A DNA stretch of 62,857 nt from a virus. The notes under the pieces are model-generated. The model was not told the DNA's origin and made no database searches. It saw nothing but the letters and a program-made list of their open reading frames with translations. Where the stretch lies: positions 1 to 62,857 of IMG/VR virus record IMGVR_UViG_3300006052_000004; one strand, 5' to 3'. This document shows positions 37,046 through 45,933 of the stretch, in pieces. The position numbers and the translations under genes were made by a program. Position 1 is the stretch's first letter; the number at the start of each line of letters is the position of its first letter.

Positions 37046-37810
37046 CTAAGGTTTGACTGGTTCGCCGTGTGTACTTGCGACCATTCTCGCAAGGATGTCA
37101 TCGAGCACTGGCCATTCATACCTGTTCATCGCCGATGAACGATCTTTGTAATGGATGAGTGGGTCAGGCCCGAAATCAAGGACGCGTTGGACGCCCATGA
37201 TCTGATTATTGTTCGCATCTACCTGCCCGGTGGGACCGGCTCTTGCGATTAACCTGCAGATAAATGAGAAGTGTTTCGCATACTCGAATGCGAAACGTCC
37301 ATCGAACGATGGTCGCCAGCATAGGTTACCCACCGTAGGATCAAACTTCTGTATTTCATGACAGGTGTAGATGAGATTGCATGGGAGATAACGTAACATC
37401 ACTGTAGTGTTCTCCATGACAGTACGAATAATGCCCCAGTCGCGTTGCTCAGGGGTCATGTGTTTCGTCTTGTCTGCAGTCTCTTTGATGATGATACGCT
37501 GAAGCTCGGTAGCAGAATCGATAACCACTAGTTGGAAGTAACGTATATTACCCTTCGCAACCAACCAATCTATCGCTGCATCATAGTCACCGACAGTCTG
37601 TATCTTCCATACAAACACATTGTCAAGTGCCATCCCGAGTTTACGACGTCTCGCCATCGTCGTATTCACACCGATGTCCACATCCAGAATGAATGTAGAT
37701 AGCTTCGAGATTGTCGCGAAGCTCGTCTTACCACATCCTGGTGGACCGTACACAACGCCTTGCCAGAATGATTGCGTCATATCTGACAGTCGCATCGGTC
37801 CATTCTGCAT
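37046..37810 (-). CDS. Sak4-like RecA-fold ATPase (AAA_24 family), recombination/annealing
   Basis: Walker A VVYGPPGCGKTS followed by FILDVDIG. ATG at 37810 is preceded by AAGGAGG, so the track start at 37828 lies inside the RBS. Confidence 0.7.
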   Translation of the reverse strand: MQNGPMRLSDMTQSFWQGVVYGPPGCGKTSFATISKLSTFILDVDIGVNTTMARRRKLGMALDNVFVWKIQTVGDYDAAIDWLVAKGNIRYFQLVVIDSATELQRIIIKETADKTKHMTPEQRDWGIIRTVMENTTVMLRYLPCNLIYTCHEIQKFDPTVGNLCWRPSFDGRFAFEYAKHFSFICRLIARAGPTGQVDANNNQIMGVQRVLDFGPDPLIHYKDRSSAMNRYEWPVLDDILARMVASTHGEPVKP

Positions 37811-37856
37811 GCAAGGGCCTCCTTCCATGCTGCACCAAAGGCAGGTTCGATACTAA

Positions 37857-37885
37857 ATTATACCTCGTTTGGCCGGTTTTGTCAA
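37857..37885 (-). promoter_or_regulatory. Consensus sigma70-type promoter (leftward)
   Basis: The minus strand reads TTGACA (37885-37880), 17 nt, TATAAT (37862-37857), upstream of the Sak4-like gene. Confidence 0.7.
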
Positions 37886-37930
37886 TATGACAGGCGGCCA
37901 ATTTTGAACCAAACCACTTGCCAAACTTTG

Positions 37931-38260
37931 TTAAATCCCTCCTTCCGTTGGTGTTTTGAGTTGGCGCCATCGAGTGATGCCGCCGTCACTTTGTACATCA
38001 TGCCACTCACCCCATTTGTCGTCATCCGTGGGAACGGGTAGTTTGTGTACAAATCTCCTCTGTACCCACATCGTGTATGTCTTGCCATCGAGGTGCCGAG
38101 CACGTATGCGGATGCTGAATTGAATGTCACCGACTAACTTAATTTCTTTGACGACACCTTCGATCTGGATACCGGTCGGTCTGTGGGCGCCTTGTATTAG
38201 GTCAACCATCACATGTTCTTCTAACTCAAAGTCATGCTTCGGTTGCTTGTTCTTCGTCAC
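37931..38260 (-). CDS. Hypothetical protein
   Basis: 109-aa ORF whose start overlaps the preceding gene's stop. Confidence 0.6.
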   Translation of the reverse strand: MTKNKQPKHDFELEEHVMVDLIQGAHRPTGIQIEGVVKEIKLVGDIQFSIRIRARHLDGKTYTMWVQRRFVHKLPVPTDDDKWGEWHDVQSDGGITRWRQLKTPTEGGI

Positions 38261-38538
38261 AGTCGGAACTCCTTCTCGAAGACCTCATTCGTCGCCGGCT
38301 TGCTATTGATGAATTCAAGTGCCTTCTGCATGGTCTCAGTATGCTCTTGATGAAAGGCGTAGTTCATCAGGTCCGCCGCATCTCTCTTGTCGGCATGGAC
38401 CTTTGCAATGTCCTTGGCACATTCATCGTGCTTCATCTGCGCCACTTGCAGAAGCCAGTACAGCTCACGTGCATCGACTGTCACAGTGAACTGTTGCCTA
38501 TGGCTGCCGGGATATTTGCCTGCCTTGATCTTCATCAT
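38257..38538 (-). CDS. Hypothetical protein
   Basis: 93-aa ORF with 4-nt overlaps on both sides. Confidence 0.6.
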   Translation of the reverse strand: MMKIKAGKYPGSHRQQFTVTVDARELYWLLQVAQMKHDECAKDIAKVHADKRDAADLMNYAFHQEHTETMQKALEFINSKPATNEVFEKEFRL

Positions 38539-38750
38539 CCCTCCATTGATACTATGATCGCCATTGGTACCATCGTGCTCGGTGGTGTATTGCGTATGAT
38601 GTCGTATTCAATGCGCACGACCCTGTACTCCACCCCGTCGTTAGTGAGGTTCCTAATCACGTCTCCTTTCATCGGTATGGTGTACACGCTGCAGTACCTC
38701 AGGTCCCTGCCTCGCGTGTCCCTGAATATCACCTGCATTGGCCACATCAC
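38535..38750 (-). CDS. Hypothetical protein
   Basis: 71-aa ORF with 4-nt overlaps on both sides. Confidence 0.55.
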   Translation of the reverse strand: MMWPMQVIFRDTRGRDLRYCSVYTIPMKGDVIRNLTNDGVEYRVVRIEYDIIRNTPPSTMVPMAIIVSMEG

Positions 38751-40489
38751 ATGCCTCCTGTCGTGTCCGGGGCGTACCTGTCCTGCATGTCCTGAAGATT
38801 ATCTGTGGCATGAAGTATCACACCATCTATCGAATTACGCATGACCAGTTCGATGTATTCCACAGGATCGTTGCGGCCGATGCGGTGTGAACGGTCAGCA
38901 CTCTGACTCTTCTCTACATGACTCCAGGTATGTGAGAAGTAGATATGTGTATCACCTCCTTGCATGTTTTTACCATATGCCATCTTCTTGTACTGACATA
39001 GATATATCTGAATGCCATCGATGTCACGTGAATTAAATGACTCGATGTCATCATCGACCGGCATATCATCTACCGCTATACCTATACGGTGCGACTCCTC
39101 ATCATATAATTTGCTGAGTCGTCGGTGCATGTGCAGCAACTCTGCATTGAATTTGAACCATACGATCACCCGATGCGATGGATCATGCAATAGTTCATCT
39201 TCGGCGTACTGTAGTAGCCATTCTGCCTTCGGTGAATGGATGAGACGTAAGCGTAGGTCATGTGTCTGTCCAGCCTCATCTTCGGTGTACGAGCCATCAG
39301 GATTGAACACAAATCCACCGACGACCTGTTGGAGACGCAAGGTCGTTGAACGTTCACCTGCGAGAGATGAACCGTCTCCAAGTGCGCTCTCTCCGTGCTT
39401 CTCGATCTCTTTGTATACTGCTCGCATATCTGGCGGCATATCGAGCTGAACCCGTCGAACTGGCAACTTGGGTGGGAGACGAAGGCATGATGCTTTCTGT
39501 GCTCGGTAGAAGATTTTGGCCAAACGCCGCATGAGCATGACGGGATCTTTGCAACCACGCGGTACCTGTTGCATCCTGCCGTTCTTCTTGACCCACACCA
39601 TTTGCTCGTACCAGTCTATCCATTCTTTGAGCGTCTCCATTCTGGCACTCGGTCCTTCGACAACACGAACCTGCGACCATAGATCACGAATACCTTGTGC
39701 AACTGGTGTACCTGTCTGACATATCACATGATCGCACATATCGGCGATCGTAATGAGTGCCTTACAACATGCCGATGACTCAGACTTCATCCTCCATGAC
39801 TCATCGAGTATCAATGTCATACGGTGATCTTTGGCTATCTGTACAAGACGTACTTTCAGTTTAGAGATAACATCATAGTTAACTATGACTACGATGTGTG
39901 GTGCTATCTGCATCATACTCGAAAGTACATCCAGACGGTCGGCAATCGAGAGGCCGACGAGTGGTATGATTGCCGTCTCTGACATATCATACACGACAGT
40001 GGACCACTCTACCTCCCATTGCGATACCAATGATTTTGGCACCACAACCACTGTCACCTTTGCTGCCCATGCAGTCGCAAGGACTATGCCAGTAGTTGTC
40101 TTACCAGTGCCTTGCTCAGAGCCATTGATGACACCACGTTGTGGCCATGCGAATGCACAGAACTCTTCTTGATGTGGCATCATTGGACGAGAGAGTGCAG
40201 GTGCGATTGCCCTCCACATTCTCAGGTCGCCAAGGTCAGGCGCCATCAGCGTTCGCCGAAGGTCGTTATATTCCGGTGCGACAAAGGCGGGAGCGGCCAT
40301 CGCTTCAGCAGCCATGATGTTCTCGCGGCTACCACCGAAAGAGATGTATGGCCCGTATGGTGACTCGAAAATGGATGAACCCTCTATGCGTGATAGGGCT
40401 CTAAGCACACCATCATTACCAGTCGCACATATCCTGCCATTCACCGCCGATAGACGAAATGGTGCCTTGTCTAAAACTCGTGTCGCCAC
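38747..40489 (-). CDS. SNF2-family helicase/translocase
   Basis: MPHQEEF...GSEQGTGKTTTGI (motif I), LILDESWRMK (DExx) and the C-terminal SQSADRSHRIGRNDPV (motif VI). Confidence 0.8.
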   Translation of the reverse strand: MATRVLDKAPFRLSAVNGRICATGNDGVLRALSRIEGSSIFESPYGPYISFGGSRENIMAAEAMAAPAFVAPEYNDLRRTLMAPDLGDLRMWRAIAPALSRPMMPHQEEFCAFAWPQRGVINGSEQGTGKTTTGIVLATAWAAKVTVVVVPKSLVSQWEVEWSTVVYDMSETAIIPLVGLSIADRLDVLSSMMQIAPHIVVIVNYDVISKLKVRLVQIAKDHRMTLILDESWRMKSESSACCKALITIADMCDHVICQTGTPVAQGIRDLWSQVRVVEGPSARMETLKEWIDWYEQMVWVKKNGRMQQVPRGCKDPVMLMRRLAKIFYRAQKASCLRLPPKLPVRRVQLDMPPDMRAVYKEIEKHGESALGDGSSLAGERSTTLRLQQVVGGFVFNPDGSYTEDEAGQTHDLRLRLIHSPKAEWLLQYAEDELLHDPSHRVIVWFKFNAELLHMHRRLSKLYDEESHRIGIAVDDMPVDDDIESFNSRDIDGIQIYLCQYKKMAYGKNMQGGDTHIYFSHTWSHVEKSQSADRSHRIGRNDPVEYIELVMRNSIDGVILHATDNLQDMQDRYAPDTTGGM

Positions 40490-40800
40490 TCGCGTCCCTC
40501 CGCCTCTTGGGCTTCTTTGGTCATGCGGTTCAGTACATCTTGGGCCTCGTCAAGTGTGTTAAAGTCGGCGAATGGTATGTCGATCATATTGGTATCACCG
40601 ACATCACCATAGACGGTCTTGACAAGCCAGACGCACCGCACTATGTTCTGCTTCTCAAGGTAGATATGCTGACCGGTGACATGTACACCTTCAGGATCTA
40701 CCTTGTCGTCAAGCTCGAATGGGTCGATGTGATTGTGACCATTGAGCATCGCCTGATTATTCAATCTAACAAGCGTCTCGGTATTGATTGCTTTAGGCAT
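40471..40800 (-). CDS. Hypothetical protein
   Basis: 109-aa ORF, co-oriented and tightly packed. Confidence 0.55.
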   Translation of the reverse strand: MPKAINTETLVRLNNQAMLNGHNHIDPFELDDKVDPEGVHVTGQHIYLEKQNIVRCVWLVKTVYGDVGDTNMIDIPFADFNTLDEAQDVLNRMTKEAQEAEGREWRHEF

Positions 40801-40803
40801 GTC

Positions 40804-41844
40804 TTACTCCCATCCGCTTGGAATGTGCAGCTTGTAGTGCGGCTCCAACCATCCATTGTATGCCGGGATGGTAATACACTTCGGCTTCCAACAACCCACA
40901 ACCTCGGGTGCCTGACGTATCGTGTTACGCGCAAATTTGAAGAACTCACCGAGACACTGTAGCAGGTTTGGCCCGTCCAGGCTGATCGACGTACCATACC
41001 CAAGCCATAAGGACCTGAACCCACGCTTCTGCCCGAGCTCATAATGCTGTTTATAGTAGTCGCCGAGGCCGTGCAATGCCCTCTGGATTGTGCGATCATC
41101 ACCTTGTACACCCATAAGCATGAGACCGGCAAGTGCATGAATACCTACATGCTCGAAATGCAGACGTGGCGACTCGTCTTCCTCACATAAGATATTGCAT
41201 GTCGGCACAATCCGCCGTGACCTATTTCGCCATATTGGCAACATCCAGTCGATCACGACCTCCCATACACAATCGGCGTGCATGCCTGGTATCTGATGGA
41301 GAAATCGGATGAGTGTAGAGATGTCACCTTGATCCTTGATTGCTAGTGTCTCAAGGTTGTTCAGTGACTCGTATGCACCGAGAAGCATTGCTGCGAACCG
41401 TTCACCTTTGGTAGGTGGTTCGATGCCTTCTTCTGGCTCATAGTGTGGCATCGTGCGACCGAAAGGCTTCTGCTTCTTCAGCAGCATATCATCGAGTGTT
41501 ATGCCGATCGCCATCATGTAGTCTTCGCTACCATGTGCGGCCTCGGTGACGAGCTCTTTGACCTCTTCGTACGAGCCAATGTTGTTGAGCATCCGGAAGG
41601 TGATCTGATGTGCGACGATCTGCCAGAATTGCTCGTGCTCGGGGTTCTCCATGATCTCCTCGACGCAGTACTGCGTGAAGAGGTCCTGCTCGCGGTAGAC
41701 GTTGCGCCTCGCGGCGAACTCCGGGGCCTGTGTACCGAGGTGTACTACGTTCTCGCGGTACCACTCCTCCTGCCTCGTTGCCACATAGTCCCAGAACGCC
41801 TTCTCGACGTTCTCATTTGGTGCAACCCAAAAATCATGCGCCAC
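40804..41844 (-). CDS. Hypothetical helical protein; possible DNA base hypermodification family (aGPT-Pplase-like)
   Basis: The N-terminal FWDYVATRQEEWYRE...FAARRNVYREQDLFTQY resembles the W..I..R..I...R....F.NVYRE.D..T pattern I recall for that family. The call rests on memory only. Confidence 0.3.
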   Translation of the reverse strand: MAHDFWVAPNENVEKAFWDYVATRQEEWYRENVVHLGTQAPEFAARRNVYREQDLFTQYCVEEIMENPEHEQFWQIVAHQITFRMLNNIGSYEEVKELVTEAAHGSEDYMMAIGITLDDMLLKKQKPFGRTMPHYEPEEGIEPPTKGERFAAMLLGAYESLNNLETLAIKDQGDISTLIRFLHQIPGMHADCVWEVVIDWMLPIWRNRSRRIVPTCNILCEEDESPRLHFEHVGIHALAGLMLMGVQGDDRTIQRALHGLGDYYKQHYELGQKRGFRSLWLGYGTSISLDGPNLLQCLGEFFKFARNTIRQAPEVVGCWKPKCITIPAYNGWLEPHYKLHIPSGWE

Positions 41845-41920
41845 TGTGTTCTCCTGATGCTACGAAAGGGCACCGGTTCCCCGGTGCCCCTTCTCGATAC
41901 GTCGGTTGTGCATGTTGGGC

Positions 41921-42451
41921 CTAGGCGGTCGCTGCGGCCTGGATATTTGCCATCCGCTGGCGGTGTGCGGCGAGCTGGGCCTGTGCACGCTCCAGAGCGG
42001 TCGCAGCCGCCTTGGCACGCTTGTTGACGTAGGCCTCTGCCTCTTCGGGAGCCATGGCCGTCACGTCTTTGGTCGTCACGGTTGCCTTCGCCGCATGCGG
42101 GGTCGCATCATAGGCCTTGACATCCACCTCGAACTGCTCGGCGTATGCCTGCATGCCGTGCTTCAGGACCATCAAAAGCAGGTCGGCGACCTTGACTTTC
42201 CGCTGAGTCGCGATCTTATGGAGGCGTTCGTTCTCTTCGGGCGGTGCATCATAGGCGAGCCATGTGGATTTCCAGTCATCGGGAACGTTGCGAGACTTCT
42301 TGTTCTTCGGCGACAGCTTTTTCTCTGTCGTCGGAGTAGCGACCGCAGTCGTTGCCGCTATTGTCGCCTGTTCGACGATGCCGGCTGGGATGCTGTGATT
42401 GTGTACATGGGTTTCGGCCGGGGTGATCGGCGCGTCTGCAAGCTTGACCAT
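41921..42451 (-). CDS. Paralog family member 1 (putative small DNA-binding/regulatory protein)
   Basis: Core KLSPKNKKSRNVPDDWKSTWLAYDAPPEENERLHKIATQRKVKVADLLL is shared with 48944..49510, and more distantly with 57085..57504. An AGGAGG RBS is present, and it is the first gene after a consensus promoter. Confidence 0.7.
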   Translation of the reverse strand: MVKLADAPITPAETHVHNHSIPAGIVEQATIAATTAVATPTTEKKLSPKNKKSRNVPDDWKSTWLAYDAPPEENERLHKIATQRKVKVADLLLMVLKHGMQAYAEQFEVDVKAYDATPHAAKATVTTKDVTAMAPEEAEAYVNKRAKAAATALERAQAQLAAHRQRMANIQAAATA

Positions 42452-42568
42452 TCTTATGCCTCCTGTGTTTGGTTTGATTTAGTTTTTGCCGCCGGCCTCT
42501 TTTGGCGAAGAGGCCGACGGCCCGGAACCGGCAAGCCGGAACCAGCAAGTTGAACCCCTGCTGAATTC

Positions 42569-42597
42569 ATTATACCGGAATGCCATCTCGATGTCAA
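42569..42597 (-). promoter_or_regulatory. Consensus sigma70-type promoter (leftward)
   Basis: The minus strand reads TTGACA (42597-42592), 17 nt, TATAAT (42574-42569). Confidence 0.7.
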
Positions 42598-42642
42598 GGC
42601 CTTGTATGGCTTATTTTCGAGTCGATCATGCAGTATTTTTCG

Positions 42643-42909
42643 TCAGAATCTACCCCTCCTCCTCTCTTGTATCATGCAGGTCAGGTCTAACGACAATTCA
42701 CGGTAGGCCTCGGAAATCTCTGGTGTGAGGAATTGACCATCTTCGACTATTCCACGGAGAACATTCCAGGCATCCCACTCTTCTGAGAATGTCAAACATA
42801 CGCTACATGGACCGGGTAGGCCGGAGTCGTATTTGTTTACCCAGAAGTGACATTGTGGGCATTGGACCACACGATCATGGTCAAGATTAAGCGGATATGG
42901 GTTTGGCAT
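42643..42909 (-). CDS. Small zinc-ribbon protein
   Basis: CPQCHFW...CSVC. ATG at 42909 was chosen because the upstream part of the track ORF overlaps the previous gene. Confidence 0.5.
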   Translation of the reverse strand: MPNPYPLNLDHDRVVQCPQCHFWVNKYDSGLPGPCSVCLTFSEEWDAWNVLRGIVEDGQFLTPEISEAYRELSLDLTCMIQERRRGRF

Positions 42910-43213
42910 TACCCGTATTCCCTTCCCATGGTTCCGCTCTTGTCTCGTGTTCGATTTGAGGTTCTGACATCGGCTGTTGATATTGTATGGCCTCACTGCC
43001 ATCCACATTCAATAGGCCATCACGTGTCATTGCCATGACAAGATGTTCGAGCTGCAAGGTGATCACCTTCTGCTCATTCTCGACATCTTGTATCTGATTG
43101 TTAAGACGGTCACGGCGTTCTTTCATCGCCGTGACCTCTTCTTTCTTGTTGTCTTGATCTGCAAATAGTGCCCGCAGTTTTCCGAACCGCGGGTCTCTAG
43201 GATTTTGCGCCAT
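42887..43213 (-). CDS. Hypothetical coiled-coil protein
   Basis: ATG at 43213 is preceded by GGAGGAG. The track start at 43228 is a TTG inside the RBS. Confidence 0.55.
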   Translation of the reverse strand: MAQNPRDPRFGKLRALFADQDNKKEEVTAMKERRDRLNNQIQDVENEQKVITLQLEHLVMAMTRDGLLNVDGSEAIQYQQPMSEPQIEHETRAEPWEGNTGNAKPISA

Positions 43214-43229
43214 CCACATCTCCTCCAAC

Positions 43230-43670
43230 TTATTGTTTCGCCGGTCCTGCTTGCTGTGTCACTTGTTTGGTTTGTTCATTGGTCAGATGTTCTTTCAGGT
43301 TATCTGCCGCCGCCTTCTGCGCATCGGGATGCGTTTGATCTTGGTCTGCCGGTAGAAGTTTGCCATCTTTCCCGGTATGTAGACCTTTATGATGTTCATC
43401 GGCCCACTTGGCATCATCGAGCTGTCGTTGCTTCTGCTCTGCCGGGGTGAGACGTTTGAAGATACGTGGATTTGTCTTTCGTGGGTCTTCTTTCTTGAGT
43501 TTCGGTGGTAAGACACCGCGCTCCTTCTCAGTCCGCAGCTTCACCGGCGTATTCTCAGGCAATCTATGTGTCACAGGATCAGGTGTCTGTGCCATAAGCA
43601 TTATGCCGTACGACCAACATGCCGCACACAGGAACATAGTGGCAGCCGATCGTGATGCCTTACTTATCAT
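43230..43670 (-). CDS. Signal-anchored/secreted basic protein
   Basis: ATG at 43670 follows AGGAGAGGGGG. An N-terminal hydrophobic segment AATMFLCAACWSYGIMLMA is followed by a Lys/Pro-rich region. Confidence 0.55.
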   Translation of the reverse strand: MISKASRSAATMFLCAACWSYGIMLMAQTPDPVTHRLPENTPVKLRTEKERGVLPPKLKKEDPRKTNPRIFKRLTPAEQKQRQLDDAKWADEHHKGLHTGKDGKLLPADQDQTHPDAQKAAADNLKEHLTNEQTKQVTQQAGPAKQ

Positions 43671-43748
43671 CTCGCCCCCTCTCCTCTCGTTAAGAGGCCG
43701 GCGCACTCCGAATGCACCGGCCTTATATGTACGGGTGAAAATTGTTAC

Positions 43749-44114
43749 TTAGGAAGTCGGCCACTGTGTGGCGGGGTATTTCGCATTCCATGCCGAAATG
43801 GTCATGAATGCCGGTACAACCGACGTGAAGTGGGAAGCGAATGGCATCTGGGCAAAGAGCGATCCCAGTGCCGTACTCGCCACATCCAGAACGGTCGCCG
43901 CATCCGGACCATAGAACGTGATGACATTGGATGTCAACCCTAGGTTTGCGAGGTTATTGACACCTGAGATGGTCGCATCGACACACATCTGTCCGCTACC
44001 CGATGGGTCGGTATATGGCGTATTGAGAGTGATCGTGATGCTCTGTGGATTATGTGCCGGTACCGGTGTCGGTGATACAGGCGTCGGCGGTGTATATGTT
44101 ATCACGAATGTCAT
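43749..44114 (-). CDS. Hypothetical protein
   Basis: 121-aa ORF, co-oriented. Confidence 0.55.
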   Translation of the reverse strand: MTFVITYTPPTPVSPTPVPAHNPQSITITLNTPYTDPSGSGQMCVDATISGVNNLANLGLTSNVITFYGPDAATVLDVASTALGSLFAQMPFASHFTSVVPAFMTISAWNAKYPATQWPTS

Positions 44115-44126
44115 TGTCTGTTCCTC

Positions 44127-44444
44127 TCAGATACCGAGTGGTGCAAGTACCAACACGGGTAAGATTTGTACGACGACATAGATCGTAATACCGATAAGGA
44201 CCCACTGTCCTATCGTGTATGGGCCGATCTGTGTATTGACGAATTGTTGTCCAGCATCGCCAAGGTTCTTTACGGCTTGTGCCGCGATACAGGCGAAGTA
44301 TTGGACTTGACAGGCAAGAAAAGCCTCAAATTGAGCCTCTGCCTGTGCCAATGTGATATGTGGCATTGTATTTGCCCGTGCCAGACATAGAGTCCTGGCA
44401 CCTTCACATGCACCGGCGAGCTGTGGCTGTGGTCCATGAGTCAT
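44127..44444 (-). CDS. Tail-anchored membrane protein, tandem paralog B
   Basis: C-terminus FVNTQIGPYTIGQWVLIGITIYVVVQILPVLVLAPLGI. An AGGAGG RBS is present. Confidence 0.65.
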   Translation of the reverse strand: MTHGPQPQLAGACEGARTLCLARANTMPHITLAQAEAQFEAFLACQVQYFACIAAQAVKNLGDAGQQFVNTQIGPYTIGQWVLIGITIYVVVQILPVLVLAPLGI

Positions 44445-44453
44445 GACAACCTC

Positions 44454-44804
44454 CTACAGACCGATTGGTGCCAGAACCAGGACAGGCAAGACCTGGACGA
44501 CCACGTAGATCGTCAGGCCAATTGTGACCCATTGGCCCACAGTATATGGACCAATCTGTGTGTTGAAGAAATCTGTGATCGCATTCCCGAGTGCCTGTGC
44601 AGCCTCTTCTGCGGCCTTGAAGCCACAGCAATAGGCATACTCAAGGTCGCAGAGGAAGATCGCCGAGTTCTCTTGGATCTTCGCAAGTGCGGGTGGTTCG
44701 CCTGATGCCACGGCTGCCGCATAGGCCTGCTCAGCACGCACACAGCATGCATTCCAGCCGCCGTCATTCTTGAGGCCGATGTCACGACAGAAATCTCCTG
44801 CCAT
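44454..44804 (-). CDS. Tail-anchored membrane protein, tandem paralog A
   Basis: C-terminus FFNTQIGPYTVGQWVTIGLTIYVVVQVLPVLVLAPIGL, nearly identical to the neighbour's C-terminus. Confidence 0.65.
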   Translation of the reverse strand: MAGDFCRDIGLKNDGGWNACCVRAEQAYAAAVASGEPPALAKIQENSAIFLCDLEYAYCCGFKAAEEAAQALGNAITDFFNTQIGPYTVGQWVTIGLTIYVVVQVLPVLVLAPIGL

Positions 44805-44860
44805 TGTTATACCTTTCTTTTACGTGTGTCGTCTTAATGGCGCTTCACTATGCCAGCCTC

Positions 44861-44937
44861 CAGCCCCACAGTAGGAATCGAACCTACACCCATTGCATCC
44901 GGATAATGAGCACCACCGACAAAAGGCTATTGGGGCT
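44861..44937 (-). ncRNA. tRNA-like element (perfect T-arm and 7-bp acceptor-like stem, non-canonical remainder)
   Basis: The minus strand has AGCCCCA...GTAGGTTCGATTCCTAC-TG-TGGGGCT. The T-arm lies at 44871-44887, and the acceptor-like pairing is AGCCCCA/TGGGGCT with a 2-nt spacer. I found no clean 5-bp/7-nt anticodon arm. Confidence 0.4.
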
Positions 44938-44972
44938 ACTGCCGTCGGTCCTTCCCCGCGGTTAACGGCAAT

Positions 44973-45242
44973 CTACTCTTTCGGTTTGGCGTGACCAACG
45001 TGCCACTTGGGACAATGCCGACACTTGTATCCCTCATACAAATGACCGGGATTTTCCGCTTCCATCTCTCTCGCTCGCTCGTTGGCCTCGTCTAACGACT
45101 GGTGCCGATGCTTACCCTGGCACGACCTTTGACGATGCTTGGCGATGATCTCTTCTTGTGAGAGTTCACACTCAAGGAGTTTCGTGATGAATTGTATGCC
45201 AGGTGTCGACTCACGCCAATTGTTTTTCAACTGCAGCCGCAA
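44973..45242 (-). CDS. Small Cys/His zinc-binding protein
   Basis: 89 aa, C-terminal YKCRHCPKWHVGH. Confidence 0.5.
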   Translation of the reverse strand: MRLQLKNNWRESTPGIQFITKLLECELSQEEIIAKHRQRSCQGKHRHQSLDEANERAREMEAENPGHLYEGYKCRHCPKWHVGHAKPKE

Positions 45243-45712
45243 CCTCCTCCCTTTCGTGGTAGTATCGGCGATTCATCATATGGTGCGATGAGGAATGTAC
45301 CACCACTGACCTCAGGTCGTGGCGAGAGTCTGTCCATGCCGGCGATCCTGACAGCCACAAGATCATTGAACCAGCACTTGACCACATATTCTGCCCATAG
45401 TTCGGCAGTGTCAACAAGTGTATGGAATGTCATGCCGACGATCGGGGATTCGTATAAGCCATGGATCTCATATGAACAGACATATATCCTGGTCTGTATA
45501 CCATTGATGTCCATGAAACCCGGTTGTGGACCACCGATGAAAACTGTCACATCGGCAGTATCTCTGCCATCTTCATCATCATGCACGACGATCAACCCGA
45601 TCTCGACGAGAGGTTGCTGACGTGAGAAAACCGCCGTTTGCTTGATCTTGTTCATCGGCGGTGTCTTGCTGAAGTTGATAGTGAGTTCAGGAGTTCTTGT
45701 TGCCATCATCAT
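45227..45712 (-). CDS. Hypothetical protein
   Basis: ATG at 45712 overlaps the upstream stop (ATGA). The upstream part of the track ORF is discarded. Confidence 0.55.
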   Translation of the reverse strand: MMMATRTPELTINFSKTPPMNKIKQTAVFSRQQPLVEIGLIVVHDDEDGRDTADVTVFIGGPQPGFMDINGIQTRIYVCSYEIHGLYESPIVGMTFHTLVDTAELWAEYVVKCWFNDLVAVRIAGMDRLSPRPEVSGGTFLIAPYDESPILPRKGGGCGCS

Positions 45713-45933
45713 ACCTTTCCATTTATGGCATCGGCGAGGCCAAAAATGAGACTGGCGATCGCGATATTTGCACAAGCATTAGCCGCGGCCGCATGCCTCT
45801 CTGCCGCGCCTGGTGTGAACTGCCCAGGTGTCAGTGCCGCAGCCGAAGCATCATCGGCATGTGCTTGGGCTTTGGAGACGGCGAGAGCCGCCATCTCCAT
45901 GTAGTTCTTGTGGATCTGCAGTTGTTGCTCCAC
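45709..45933 (-). CDS. Hypothetical Ala-rich protein
   Basis: 74-aa ORF, coupled on both sides. Confidence 0.5.
   Translation of the reverse strand: MEQQLQIHKNYMEMAALAVSKAQAHADDASAAALTPGQFTPGAAERHAAAANACANIAIASLIFGLADAINGKV

Noticed and set aside
36500-37138. Several long ORFs on both strands (36500..37138, 36586..36960, 36631..37029)
   Set aside because: These are shadow frames generated by the GC-rich CAG/CCG repeats of the Gln/Pro-rich domain. Only the minus-strand frame (36089..37036) continues into a folded domain with the expected gene context.
42488-42520. Hairpin GGCCTCTT-ttggcg-AAGAGGCC as a terminator upstream of paralog 1
   Set aside because: The T-run lies 5' of the stem on the plus strand, which gives an A-run 3' on the minus strand. 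It therefore fits neither orientation of an intrinsic terminator, and it is listed only as a hairpin.
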